Shown piece after piece: positions 38,597 to 48,830 of a stretch of 64,000 nt of DNA. The notes under the pieces were generated by a model that was not told the origin of the DNA, did not search any database, and worked only from the letters and a program-made list of their open reading frames with translations. Numbering within the stretch: the first letter of the stretch is position 1; each line of letters begins with the position of its first letter. The stretch comes from a virus (Duplodnaviria > Caudoviricetes): IMG/VR virus record IMGVR_UViG_3300027983_002389; one strand, given 5' to 3'. Position numbers and translations under genes: made by a program.

Positions 38597-39190
38597 GTGG
38601 CTCTCAAGAGTTGTCCTGTCTGTCAGAAACAAGTCGGACCCAGGACAAAAAAATGTGATTGTGGTCATGAATTTGCAACAACCATAGCAGCGGTTCCGGC
38701 CAGTGGTCAGTCAATGGTGCTTGATCCTTTGGACAAGCGCATTGCTGCATCTGTGGATTCCGTCCGTGACATTATTTCGAGAGTTGAAAATCGCCCTGCC
38801 TCAGCGGGTCCAGTTTCAACCCCTGTCATCTGTGATATTGATGATGTAGATCAATCGCCTCGACGCACGACTATTATACGTCCTCAAACTCAAAGATTTT
38901 TTGGTGGTGGTGAAAGAGTCTCCACCCCAGCGGGTGAATGTCCTGTTAAACCTAAAGGCTACAAAGACAAATGGCCTGATGGACCAGCCTCAGATGAGGT
39001 TGTTCAGGATTGGGCTGTGGACGTATACAATCATGGACAAGGTAGATACGCCATTGATGCGGTCATCTACTTCGCTCGTTATTTTTGGGACATTAACGGA
39101 CAAGAATATCCTCGGATTCGTGATCGGATCGTGAAAACCTTGCAGCCTTCACGTCCATCCGATCACGAATCCGAGAATGATATTACTTAG
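38597..39190 (+). CDS. hypothetical protein with N-terminal Zn finger
   Basis: K.CPVC...VGPR.K.C.CG. Confidence 0.65.
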   Translation: MALKSCPVCQKQVGPRTKKCDCGHEFATTIAAVPASGQSMVLDPLDKRIAASVDSVRDIISRVENRPASAGPVSTPVICDIDDVDQSPRRTTIIRPQTQRFFGGGERVSTPAGECPVKPKGYKDKWPDGPASDEVVQDWAVDVYNHGQGRYAIDAVIYFARYFWDINGQEYPRIRDRIVKTLQPSRPSDHESENDIT

Positions 39191-39411
39191 GCGCTCTCAG
39201 CGGACAACTGTTCGATGGGAGATCGAATAGTTTCTACTTCAATACCTTCAGTTGTCAGTTCAGATCGCAATACTGTGATTTTCTTATCAGCTTCGATGCC
39301 GATGCGGACCTTATTGCGGTTATCAATACGGACGACAGTAATCCTAATGTCTTCCATATTTGGACCCTTGAGAATGATTGTCTCATCTATCTTACGACTT
39401 AGTACGAGCAT
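39187..39411 (-). CDS. csrA: second CsrA paralogue
   Basis: MLVLSRK.DE.I...KVRIGIEA....VLRSEL. Confidence 0.85.
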   Translation of the reverse strand: MLVLSRKIDETIILKGPNMEDIRITVVRIDNRNKVRIGIEADKKITVLRSELTTEGIEVETIRSPIEQLSAESA

Positions 39412-39665
39412 GGTTATTCCTTTCTTAGCTAGTAGCTTGTTTGCTTGCGTGCTTTGCGATTACGCTTATCCGTTATTAAGTGAGTGCATACACAGATTTT
39501 CTGCGAAAGACGGAAAAATTTTTAGGCTCGCATCTTTACACTCAGAATATTTGACGTAATATCTGTGTAGAGAGATGCGTTTTCGGTAATTACGATAGTC
39601 AGCGTGATGCACAGTCCCAGCACACGCCACCTACAAGAACCTGGGACTGTTTGTGGAGAAATCCG

Positions 39666-40178
39666 ATGGCACAAGTGACGAAGTACGACGATCAATTGGA
39701 AAGCAAGCTGAAAGAGGCCGAATTGCTCCAGGAGCAAATCGGCCTGTTGCAGCGAGTTCGAGAAATCGAACTGGAAATTACTGGTAGTATCACAGCACCA
39801 GTTGCAGTAGTTGCTGTGAAAGCCACCGTGAAGGTTGCTCAGGCGGTTGCTCAGACAGCACCAGTCAATGGTGAAGTTAAGCGTCGTGGTCGTCCCAAGG
39901 GATCGACCAATGCACCCAAGGTGGCTGCAACGGGTGTTGTAACCGACGATGGTAAGTCGGTTGATCTTCCGTCTCTGTTGGAGACGATTGCTCAACAGGT
40001 CAATCGTCCACTTCTGTTGACAGATTTTGTCACGCTGGCTCGTGAGGCTGGTTACACGACGAAGGCCAAGGACTTCAGCAATATGGTCTACCAATCCGTG
40101 CTGAAGCTGGTCAAGAAGGGCAAGTTCAAGAAGAACGAAGAGACTCGTGCTTACGAGTATGTCGGCAAAGCTGCCTAA
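39666..40178 (+). CDS. AT-hook-containing putative DNA-binding protein
   Basis: KRRGRPKGS; N-terminal coiled coil; winged-helix-like C-terminus. Confidence 0.6.
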   Translation: MAQVTKYDDQLESKLKEAELLQEQIGLLQRVREIELEITGSITAPVAVVAVKATVKVAQAVAQTAPVNGEVKRRGRPKGSTNAPKVAATGVVTDDGKSVDLPSLLETIAQQVNRPLLLTDFVTLAREAGYTTKAKDFSNMVYQSVLKLVKKGKFKKNEETRAYEYVGKAA

Positions 40179-40279
40179 CCGACAACAACAGGGGTCCGTG
40201 TTTGTTTGCGGACCTTTGATTTTGTGTTCCGACTTTACAACCCTACTAAAACAGGGTAACATCCTCAAGGAGAAATTCG

Positions 40280-40714
40280 ATGGCTACGACTGAACAACCA
40301 CGGGTCAACAAGACCGCATTCGTTCGCAATGTCCTGAAGGAGATTGGTGCAATCACTGCCAATCCACCGGAAGGATGGCGACAGAAGGTCGAGGAGGTGC
40401 TGGCAAAATCAAATTTGCAAATGCACCAAGTCACCATCTACCAGATTCGCCAGAAGGCGATCAAGGAAAAGGAAAAGGAAGCGGAAGCGGAAGGGACGCC
40501 AGCAAAGGCTCAGGGAAAGCCCAAGGGTCGCCCAAAGGCTCAGGCTGCTCAGGCTGCTCAGGCTCCCAAATACCCTGCCGCTCCCGCCAAGGTCAATGGC
40601 AATGCCGCCCTGACCGTCGCCGATCTGCAAGCAGTGCAGGAATTCGCCAAGAAGTTTGGTGGATTGGATGGTTTGAACGATGCCGTCAGTGCAATCAAGT
40701 CTTTCAAAAGCTAA
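40280..40714 (+). CDS. basic low-complexity putative DNA-binding protein
   Basis: KPKGRPK; AGGAG SD. Confidence 0.6.
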   Translation: MATTEQPRVNKTAFVRNVLKEIGAITANPPEGWRQKVEEVLAKSNLQMHQVTIYQIRQKAIKEKEKEAEAEGTPAKAQGKPKGRPKAQAAQAAQAPKYPAAPAKVNGNAALTVADLQAVQEFAKKFGGLDGLNDAVSAIKSFKS

Positions 40715-40802
40715 TTGCATCCAATTGGCACGACATGGGAAAGCATTAAACGGGCATCCGAGACTTCTATCGGATGCTTGTTTGGTTTTTATTGAGAGAA
40801 AA

Positions 40803-41457
40803 TATGGAATCGCCATTTTTGTTACACACTCTATTTCAGCCGAAGAATATGGATTCTCTTGCTGCTGATTTAGGATCAGATGATCCTGTGTATAAAAAAC
40901 ACAAGTTAATGGAATCTGAATTCAGCGATCTTGTTGATGTGATGAGGCAAAATAAGTGGTTGCCATTGCCATCCATCAATGCCTTGATGACGCTATTGTG
41001 GCGTGTTGTAGGCAACCACATTGCGCCGGTCGCCATAAATCCTAACGTGCCAACGCTCAGTTTTTGGTGCGAATTTCGCAGTGTCGATCCAATCGCTAGT
41101 CTTGCAGTAATCATGATTCCTGATAACTGGCATGATATGTTAGTCGAAGATGCCCATATGCAAATGGGTGCTATGGTTTTTGCTGCCTCTCAAGCCAAAG
41201 ACTATTGGAACCATAAGTTCTCGCCACCAAATGCAAAAAAAGAAATTCATGATCGAGCGTGGTCTTCTGAAGCCGAGTTGCTTCACTATTTTGCTCATAC
41301 TGCTCCTGACTTCAAGCCAAACGATTATCAAAATAAGATTATGGATAAATACCCAAAAGGTATTGCATCCATAGAGGCTCATTATGTGGGTCGTGAATAC
41401 GATGGTGTGTTCCCACCGTTTCCACCGTTTCCAGTTGATGTCAACTCATTCAGATAG
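40803..41457 (+). CDS. hypothetical protein
   Basis: Long ORF filling the region. Confidence 0.55.
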
Positions 41458-41546
41458 GTAGCCGTTCACCGTCCAGAACCGATTTCATGGATTGACGAAA
41501 TCGTCTCGGATAAGCTGGGACAAAAGAAAGGTAAAAATATCAATGC

Positions 41547-41620
41547 GGGGCCGTAGCTCAATCGGTTAGAGCAGCGAACTCATAATTCGTTGGTTCTCGG
41601 TTCAAGTCCGAGCGGCCCCA
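41547..41620 (+). tRNA. tRNA-CAU, Ile2 (lysidine)-type more likely than Met
   Basis: Canonical cloverleaf GGGGCCG...CT-CAT-AA...CGGCCCC-A; paired G1-C72 and no GGG/CCC anticodon stem, so not an initiator. Confidence 0.9.
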
Positions 41621-41695
41621 TTTTGTAGCCACGTTACATGAACCACTTGTGTTGACTTAAACGAAAACACCTGGGATCGCTCCCAAGTGTTTTCG

Positions 41696-41763
41696 TTTAT
41701 ATCCCTTTGGTGGACTCCATTAAAGCTCGTTTATATCCCTTTGGTGGACTCCATTAAAGCTCG
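41696..41763. repeat. 34-bp tandem duplication of the VOC gene 3' end
   Basis: TTTATATCCCTTTGGTGGACTCCATTAAAGCTCG x2. Confidence 0.95.
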
Positions 41764-42300
41764 CACATTATCTTTGCAAAAACCAAATTCTTGTCTTTCA
41801 ATGAACTCATAAATAACGCCAGTCAATTCTGAAGGCTTGGTGAACACTTGAGTTAAGCCGGGACACTTCATTGGCTCGGTGGATGTGAATTCAGCATATC
41901 CAGCCGTTTGCCATTGCTTCATTGTTTTCTCGACGCTTTCGACTTGATAGGCAATGTGGTGAATGCCTCCAATGCCATTGCGAGCCGCAACCCAATTTGC
42001 GACAATGGACCCAGGAGTACCGTCGCTGACAAAGATTTCAGGTGCCATATGGTATTCCAGAGATCTATGCCAAGCAGGAACAGAATGACCATTCTGTTCA
42101 ATGTTTGGAACTCCTTCTAAAATCCACGGTAAACTAGCCACTTTCTTTTCGGGCGGCTCCAGTGCAATGCACTGCGCTGTTTGTCCATCTCCGAAGTCGA
42201 TGGCAAACTCCTGTTGGACGTGATAGCCCAAGGCGTTGATAAAGAAATTCGCTGTTTTCCAGCGGTCGTTCACACGATATGCAATGTGGTCTAAACGCAT
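41731..42300 (-). CDS. VOC/glyoxalase-family protein
   Basis: MRLDHIAYRV, GGIHHIAYQV, QVFT......YEFIER. Confidence 0.8.
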   Translation of the reverse strand: MRLDHIAYRVNDRWKTANFFINALGYHVQQEFAIDFGDGQTAQCIALEPPEKKVASLPWILEGVPNIEQNGHSVPAWHRSLEYHMAPEIFVSDGTPGSIVANWVAARNGIGGIHHIAYQVESVEKTMKQWQTAGYAEFTSTEPMKCPGLTQVFTKPSELTGVIYEFIERQEFGFCKDNVRALMESTKGI

Positions 42301-42649
42301 AATGATGTTCTCCTTACTCATATAAGAGTAAGCAGATTTCTCATTGCCGCCGTCAATCTGCGGCAGGGAAGGAGATTTACGCTCTGCACCTTGGCCTTGT
42401 GCATCATTTTGAGAATCAAACAATCAAGAATTTGGATGATTCTCATGCCTGTTGTGCCAGTTTTGCAGGCAATCACGCTCTACTTAAAACTCGCTGGGAA
42501 GATAAGATTGCCGTAAGTCGTTAAAATCAAAAGACTTACAGGGAAAACTCTTGTGGTAAGTTCGATTTACACGCAGTAAAAACTGCGGTATAATGAACTT
42601 AGGAAATTACAACGCTCAACATTTGACTTCAGATCAACGGGATGGCTAT

Positions 42650-43969
42650 ATGGCAAAAAGGACGACGAATAGTCCAGTATGTGACTACTGTGGAAAATCG
42701 AGCAAAGAGGCAGGGCTTTTGGTTGAAAGCCCCGTTGTTGATCGAGAGCAAAATGGTCGTCCGGCTGGCTCACGAGTGTTTATCTGCTCTGCATGTGTGG
42801 AGCTATGTCAAACGATGGTGAAGCAGAAGAATCAAAAGAAGAAGACTTCGGCATCCTTGCCGAAGGATGTTCCTACACCACGAGAGATTGTGGGTTATTT
42901 GGACCAGTACATTATTGGCCAAGATCAAGCCAAGAGAACATTGGCTGTCGCTGTCTCGAATCACTACAAGCGATTACGAGATGATGTTTCTCGCTTGGAA
43001 GAATTTGATCTTAACGATGAACTGGCTGATACCACCATCGAAAAGAGCAACATCCTTCTTATCGGGCCAACTGGATCGGGCAAGACATTGCTTGCTAAGA
43101 CTTTGGCAAAGATTCTCCAGGTTCCGTTTGCCATTGGAGACGCAACTACGTTGACCGAGGCTGGCTATGTTGGCGAAGACGTGGAGAATTTGGTTCTGAA
43201 ACTGCTCAGAGAAGCAGAGTTCGACGTTGAAGTGGCGCAAACTGGCATCATTTACCTTGACGAAGTGGACAAAATCGGAAAGACGAGCCAGAATGTAAGC
43301 ATCACCCGTGATGTGTCTGGCGAAGGTGTGCAGCAGGCGTTGCTGAAGATGCTTGAGGGAACCACCTGTAATGTCCCACCGACTGGTGGGCGAAAACATC
43401 CAGAGCAGCAATACATTCCCGTGGACACCACCAATATCTTGTTTATTGTCGGAGGAACCTTTGTTGGTCTTGAAGATATCATCAACAAGCGAATTGGTCG
43501 CAAGTCAATTGGATTCGGAGCCGGTGCCGGTGCCGGTCGCACTGAGGCACAGGAAGCTGAAACAGAATGGATTCTTGAGCATGTAACGGAAGACGATTTG
43601 GTTCACTTTGGGCTGATTCCTGAATTGATTGGTCGTTTGCCGGTCATCACTCCACTCAAGGGGCTTGATGAGGACGCATTGGTTCAAGTTTTGACTGAAC
43701 CAAAGGACGCCTTGGTCAAGCAATACAAGAAGCTGTTCCGATATGACAAGGTTGGTCTGGAGTTTACGCCTGAAGCACTCAAGGAAATTGCCAAGGCTGC
43801 TGCAAAGAAGGGAACTGGCGCTCGTGGACTTCGCAGTGTTATCGAAGGTTTCATGATGGGTGTGATGTTTGATTTGCCAGAACACAGTGGCAAAGTCGTC
43901 ACGATCACCGATAAGATCGTTCGTGGCGAGGAAACTGTAGTGTTCCCGACCAGTAATAAGGCGGCGTAA
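42650..43969 (+). CDS. clpX: ATP-dependent Clp protease ATPase subunit ClpX
   Basis: C4 zinc domain, [24 protein letters not shown] loop, GARGLR. Confidence 0.96.
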   Translation: MAKRTTNSPVCDYCGKSSKEAGLLVESPVVDREQNGRPAGSRVFICSACVELCQTMVKQKNQKKKTSASLPKDVPTPREIVGYLDQYIIGQDQAKRTLAVAVSNHYKRLRDDVSRLEEFDLNDELADTTIEKSNILLIGPTGSGKTLLAKTLAKILQVPFAIGDATTLTEAGYVGEDVENLVLKLLREAEFDVEVAQTGIIYLDEVDKIGKTSQNVSITRDVSGEGVQQALLKMLEGTTCNVPPTGGRKHPEQQYIPVDTTNILFIVGGTFVGLEDIINKRIGRKSIGFGAGAGAGRTEAQEAETEWILEHVTEDDLVHFGLIPELIGRLPVITPLKGLDEDALVQVLTEPKDALVKQYKKLFRYDKVGLEFTPEALKEIAKAAAKKGTGARGLRSVIEGFMMGVMFDLPEHSGKVVTITDKIVRGEETVVFPTSNKAA

Positions 43970-44025
43970 CACTCATTTAAGTTAGGGAATGAATTGCTCA
44001 TTCCCTAACCATTGCGGAGAAAAGA

Positions 44026-44676
44026 ATGACAGGTCCATATCTTCGATTGATCGGTGACGTTCACGGCAAAATGGAAGAGTATATTCCACTTGCAGAGCAA
44101 GCCGAATATACTATCCAGCTTGGTGATTTGGGATTTTCGTACAATGCCTTGTCGAAATTTCTGAACCCGGATAAGCATCGGGTATTAGGTGGAAATCATG
44201 ACAACTATGAAGTGTTAGATGGTCGCTTTCACAAGCAACCGCCGCACTTCTTGGGCGATTATGGAGTTCACAACATTCCTGGTATTGGGGAATTCTTTTT
44301 CGTTCGAGGCGGAAATAGCATTGATAAGGCGGGACGCACTGAGGGGTTTGATTGGTTCCCTGGAGAGCAACTTTCCTATGTCGATGCTGCAAAGGCGTTA
44401 GAAGAATACACAAAAGTCAGGCCAGCCCTGATGTTGTCCCATGAATGCCCAACCAGCATCATTGATATGCTTGCTGGTTTCAAAACATGGGACGGTGAAC
44501 TAATTCGTCCCAGCATGACTGCCAATGTCCTCGAACAAATGTTTGAGGAACACAAGCCGTTGTTGTGGGTGTTTGGTCATCACCATAAACATTTTAACAT
44601 GGTTGTTGAAGGCACACGATTCATTTGTTTGCCTGAATTAGCTTGTCTCGATTTTGACCGTAAAGAGGCCGAATGA
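44026..44676 (+). CDS. calcineurin-like metallophosphoesterase
   Basis: GDVHG, GDLG, GNHD, SHECP, FGHHH. Confidence 0.9.
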   Translation: MTGPYLRLIGDVHGKMEEYIPLAEQAEYTIQLGDLGFSYNALSKFLNPDKHRVLGGNHDNYEVLDGRFHKQPPHFLGDYGVHNIPGIGEFFFVRGGNSIDKAGRTEGFDWFPGEQLSYVDAAKALEEYTKVRPALMLSHECPTSIIDMLAGFKTWDGELIRPSMTANVLEQMFEEHKPLLWVFGHHHKHFNMVVEGTRFICLPELACLDFDRKEAE

Positions 44677-45269
44677 GTTACGTTGTAGCAACATATATGA
44701 ATATTGATGCCTGGAATAAAACAGGCGTCAATTGGCTGCGAAAAGCAAAGTCCGCAGGATTGACGGGCTTTATTGTCGGTGATGGCTTGCCACCCGAAGC
44801 CGACATAAAAGCAAAAGAATTAGCCTTTAAGGTGGTCCCCATTATTGTCAAGTTCGGCGACGAACGTGACAAGTATAGGACGGTTGCCGAAGAGATAAAG
44901 AAAGGGCAGCGGTGCCTTTTCGTGAATCATAACATTACCCCAAAGGGAGGTTTGTCAGAGGCAAGAGAAATTACATGCAATCGAGACGAGTCGCTTGATT
45001 TACTCGAAGTGGTGTCCCTCATTAGAAATCTACAAGATCGAGCTAAAGCGGTCGAGTTGATTCGGGATAAAATCATTAGCGTGCATCAAGGCTTGCTCTC
45101 CACAAAAAGCGTTTTGGGAACGTGGGATTTCTGGAATAGTCTTAGCGCATTCTATGATTACCTGCAAGAAATAAATTACCTTGATCGCAGGGCTTCATAT
45201 AACGAGTTGGCATTTAACCTTTATGTGGCACTGGCAGAGTCGATCTCCCTAGAGGTTTGCAATGATTAA
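44673..45269 (+). CDS. hypothetical protein
   Basis: ATGA-coupled ORF. Confidence 0.6.
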   Translation: MSYVVATYMNIDAWNKTGVNWLRKAKSAGLTGFIVGDGLPPEADIKAKELAFKVVPIIVKFGDERDKYRTVAEEIKKGQRCLFVNHNITPKGGLSEAREITCNRDESLDLLEVVSLIRNLQDRAKAVELIRDKIISVHQGLLSTKSVLGTWDFWNSLSAFYDYLQEINYLDRRASYNELAFNLYVALAESISLEVCND

Positions 45270-45507
45270 AGCACCACGGAATATTCCGTATTTTTATAAC
45301 CGTGCATCTGCGATTCAATTGAATCGTCTGCGAAAGACGTTCCAGCACTTTGGTGTAATTAGACATCAAACCTTGGTTGGCGAAAGTCTTCTTAGGCTTG
45401 GTCAACACATCAAAGAAAGCACGATTTGTCAATTGCCCACTGATGCTCCTGGCAAGGCTTTATTCCGAATGTATAAATATTACGATTCTTTGGAATTCCA
45501 AGAATAG
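45262..45507 (+). CDS. hypothetical protein
   Basis: GAGG SD; terminator follows. Confidence 0.55.
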   Translation: MIKAPRNIPYFYNRASAIQLNRLRKTFQHFGVIRHQTLVGESLLRLGQHIKESTICQLPTDAPGKALFRMYKYYDSLEFQE

Positions 45508-45639
45508 AGCCTTCTCACTCTAACCCATGTTTGACCGCCCGGCGAAATACTTTCGTCAGGGCGGTTTTCTTTTGTATTTCTGTATTATCCTCGCTACTTT
45601 AATTTATACTTCAACCTACAAATCAAGTGAGGAAAAAAC

Positions 45640-46071
45640 ATGGGTAAACATTTAGTGTTTGTATATGGAACTTTGAAGCGAGGCTTCAGCCGTGGCAACG
45701 CATTGCGTGAGCAGCGTTATATTGGCATTGCTAGAACAGAGCCAAAATACGGCATGTATGGATATGGAGGCTTTCCAGCCCTCGTAGATGAAACATTGGC
45801 CGAGGCATCTGGACTCGATGCCAGCAAACGCATATTCGGCGAATTATACGAAGTAGATGATGCGTGTGTAATGGAACTCGATAAAATCGAAGGCACGGAT
45901 CGTGGCTTATTTGAACGTCGTGATGTCGCCTTGAGTGAGATCACAATGACCTCTTTGCCCACCGACGACGCAGTTTGGGGCGGTTTAACTCGCAAGGTAG
46001 CACAAGGCTACTTTTTCAAGAAGAAGTTGACCGGGGCTGGTGATTGTGGACCTCTCTGGGTTCAGAAGTAA
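45640..46071 (+). CDS. gamma-glutamylcyclotransferase (AIG2/YtfP-like)
   Basis: VFVYGTLKRG, FPAL, GELYEV, LD.IEG. Confidence 0.9.
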   Translation: MGKHLVFVYGTLKRGFSRGNALREQRYIGIARTEPKYGMYGYGGFPALVDETLAEASGLDASKRIFGELYEVDDACVMELDKIEGTDRGLFERRDVALSEITMTSLPTDDAVWGGLTRKVAQGYFFKKKLTGAGDCGPLWVQK

Positions 46072-46113
46072 ACTTTGATTTACAGCAGAAAAAAAATGTG
46101 GTAGAATCCCTCC

Positions 46114-46695
46114 ATGATGAATACAGAGGCGGTTCTACAAGGGTTGTTGAAACATGCCCGCTCTGAAATCCTGAAAGAATTCAGAGCGGATTCATGTATC
46201 GCATCTACTGCGGTTGGGCTTGATATTCTCACCCATTTCGGCATTCTTGCCGAACCCCTCCCCGTTCGCACGTTAATCTTCAATGAACCCTTTGTGACTC
46301 GTATCGAAAACGAAGGTTGGCCGACTGGACAGCAAGTCCAAAATTGGTCGGAACAAGATGGGTCTTATAGCGTTGGTATTGGTATTGGGCCACAACAGCC
46401 CAATAAATGGGCGGGTCACTTGGTTATATTGATCGAGAAGCGATTACTTCTTGATTTGTCAATTGACCAAGCAACTCGTCCTCAGTACAACATGCTATTG
46501 GACCCATTGTGTATTGAAGTAGACGAACAGTTTCTATCTGGTTCACCCAAAGTCTTCAAGGTCAACCAATGCGTAGTTCGTGTTGACGCCTTGAAGGGGA
46601 ATGATGGATATGCTTCATCGCCAGATTGGATGTTTCTAGGACGTAGAAAGAAGATAGTCGCCAACACCTTACGACTCATTCAGGGAGATTTGTGA
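46114..46695 (+). CDS. hypothetical protein with Cys/His/Asp (transglutaminase-like) signature
   Basis: SCI...GHLV...LLDLS..Q. Confidence 0.5.
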   Translation: MMNTEAVLQGLLKHARSEILKEFRADSCIASTAVGLDILTHFGILAEPLPVRTLIFNEPFVTRIENEGWPTGQQVQNWSEQDGSYSVGIGIGPQQPNKWAGHLVILIEKRLLLDLSIDQATRPQYNMLLDPLCIEVDEQFLSGSPKVFKVNQCVVRVDALKGNDGYASSPDWMFLGRRKKIVANTLRLIQGDL

Positions 46696-47126
46696 TGGAC
46701 CCGATTTATGTTTGGTCAATCTTGGGAACGACCATTATTGTTCTAGCCGCATCTTGCGCCTACCTTGGCCGTTTGTCGCTATCTCAGCGACATAAGCTAA
46801 AAGAGTTCACGACTGCTCGCAGGCACTCGATAATGGAAGACCTGGAGCTTGCCACTGGCGAACAATTGCTTGGTGAATTGAGAAAGCGTCCTGGCTCGCC
46901 ATACTTGATGTTGTCCCCAATTCAGGACGCAGATTCGTCTGGACTCATTATTGAAATTCACAATATACCGCCAATTCCATGCCTTCAGATGCTGCACATG
47001 GCGACCAGCTTGACGTTTCATGAACTCAAGAAACGTGGCGTTGAAATTCCCGATTTCCCAGGCGGTGGTCCTGACCAAGATGACCAAGATGACCAAGATG
47101 GTGAAGAGTGGAAGCAACAGGATTGA
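46695..47126 (+). CDS. membrane-anchored hypothetical protein
   Basis: N-terminal TM; acidic DQD tail. Confidence 0.55.
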   Translation: MDPIYVWSILGTTIIVLAASCAYLGRLSLSQRHKLKEFTTARRHSIMEDLELATGEQLLGELRKRPGSPYLMLSPIQDADSSGLIIEIHNIPPIPCLQMLHMATSLTFHELKKRGVEIPDFPGGGPDQDDQDDQDGEEWKQQD

Positions 47127-47164
47127 TTAAGGATTGATTAAGGATTTTTCAGGAAAGAGTCAGT

Positions 47165-47414
47165 GATGGATGGCATAGAACAAAAAGTCAAACAAGTAAT
47201 TGCTGAATGTCTATGTTTTGAGTTGGAAGAGATCGCCGATAATTCAATCTGCCTGAATAATCTTCAGGCAGATTCACTCGACTTTATCAATCTCGAATAT
47301 CAACTCGATAAAGCGTTCGATGGCAAGTTCAGTTCAGAAATGAACGTCGGAGTAAAAACAACGATCCAAGACGTGATTGATTTTGTGACGAAGGAAATCG
47401 GGTCGGTAGCTTAG
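47165..47414 (+). CDS. acpP: acyl carrier protein
   Basis: KVKQVIAE, L.ADSLD (phosphopantetheine Ser), TIQDVIDFV. Confidence 0.85.
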
Positions 47415-47502
47415 ATCCTAATCATTGTTGTTACTTTACGGTTGCAATTCCCGATGGATATTCTTCAATCGGAGATGATCCTAATCATTGTTGTTACTTT
47501 AC
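47414..47502 (+). repeat. 26-bp direct repeat (47414-47439 / 47477-47502)
   Basis: GATCCTAATCATTGTTGTTACTTTAC occurs twice. Confidence 0.9.
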
Positions 47503-47788
47503 CGATGGCTTCAAATGTGTTTTCAGCATTGAAGAACAGCCTTTTGGCTGGAGTAGACACCTTTCAATATCGGTGGCAGCAATCGACAAGATGCCACATA
47601 TTGAGGCAGTCAAATTACTTATGCTAGAATTCGGCATCGACAAACCATTAGAAGAATGCCAAATCTATATCGAGGAAGGATTTCCGAAGTCGGTCAATAT
47701 TATTTCTCCAATATAGTTGAATAGTCTGGATCGAGCTTTACAGCCCGGATATAATTTGCCCTATCAACCCCGATAGGAGGTATATCTG

Positions 47789-48727
47789 ATGGCCCAGACT
47801 AATGAGACGCAACAGCGAGCGGAGAAGTTGTTGGACACAAAGCTGCGAATATTTTCTCATCCAATGTTTGATGAACTCAAACAAAAGAAGAATATCATCG
47901 CAGATATACCCGGTGCCGAGAAGTTTCAAATAGACGGAAATAAGGTCCAGAAGTTGCGAACCAGTAAAATCGCTCCTGAAATGCGACCTTGTTACGAGGC
48001 TCCGTTGTTGAATTTTGAGCAGGAACAACACTTGTTCCGCAAAATGAATTACTTCAAGTATCGGGCGAAGAAATTGATGGAAGGGATGAACCCAAAACGG
48101 GTTACTGAAAAAAGAGTCAAGAACATTGAGGAACATTTGGCTATTGCTGCTGCGATTCGCAATCAAATTGCTGAGTCAAATTTTCGGCTGGCAACGCAAA
48201 TCCTCAAGGGGCAGATTACTTTTTATCGGGAACACAGCTTGACAGATGCGTTGCTCAGTGATGGGTATTTTGATGTGTTAAAGGCCGTTGATTATTTCGA
48301 TTGGACGAAGGGTTATCGGTTCAGCACATACGCAACCTGGGTCGTAAAGAAGAACTTTTTCCGAGACTCCAAGCAGAAGATCACATATGCCGAAAGGTTC
48401 ACCTATTTGGATGAATCTCGTGCTGAAATGCTCAACTCAAGGGGTGAAGGATATGAAGAAGAAAAACAATATACTGACCGACAGGTGTTGGTCAAGAAGT
48501 TGTTGAAATTGTTGTCTGAAGGGGATGACAGCACAGATCGTAGCCGACAGGTGCGTGTGCTTGAGCATTACTTTGGCGTCAACGGCAATGATCGACAAAC
48601 TCTTGAACAGATCAGTGAAGAGATCGGCGTCACAAAAGAACGGGTGCGACAACTCAAAGAAAAAGGTTTGCTTTGGATTAAGCAAAAAGTCGAAGAGTTG
48701 GGCATTCGATACGAAGAAACGGAATAA
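47789..48727 (+). CDS. sigma70-family RNA polymerase sigma factor
   Basis: ESNFRL, KAVD.FD..KGYRFSTYATW (region 2), TLEQI.EE.GVTKERVRQL (region 4.2). Confidence 0.9.
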   Translation: MAQTNETQQRAEKLLDTKLRIFSHPMFDELKQKKNIIADIPGAEKFQIDGNKVQKLRTSKIAPEMRPCYEAPLLNFEQEQHLFRKMNYFKYRAKKLMEGMNPKRVTEKRVKNIEEHLAIAAAIRNQIAESNFRLATQILKGQITFYREHSLTDALLSDGYFDVLKAVDYFDWTKGYRFSTYATWVVKKNFFRDSKQKITYAERFTYLDESRAEMLNSRGEGYEEEKQYTDRQVLVKKLLKLLSEGDDSTDRSRQVRVLEHYFGVNGNDRQTLEQISEEIGVTKERVRQLKEKGLLWIKQKVEELGIRYEETE

Positions 48728-48830
48728 TTGTTTTTTGGCATTAAAGCAATTTGTGACGGCGCAGCACATAAGTTGAGTGGTGCTGTTGATATGCTAATTG
48801 CTTTTCTGGACTCCATCAAGGTTACGTCCG

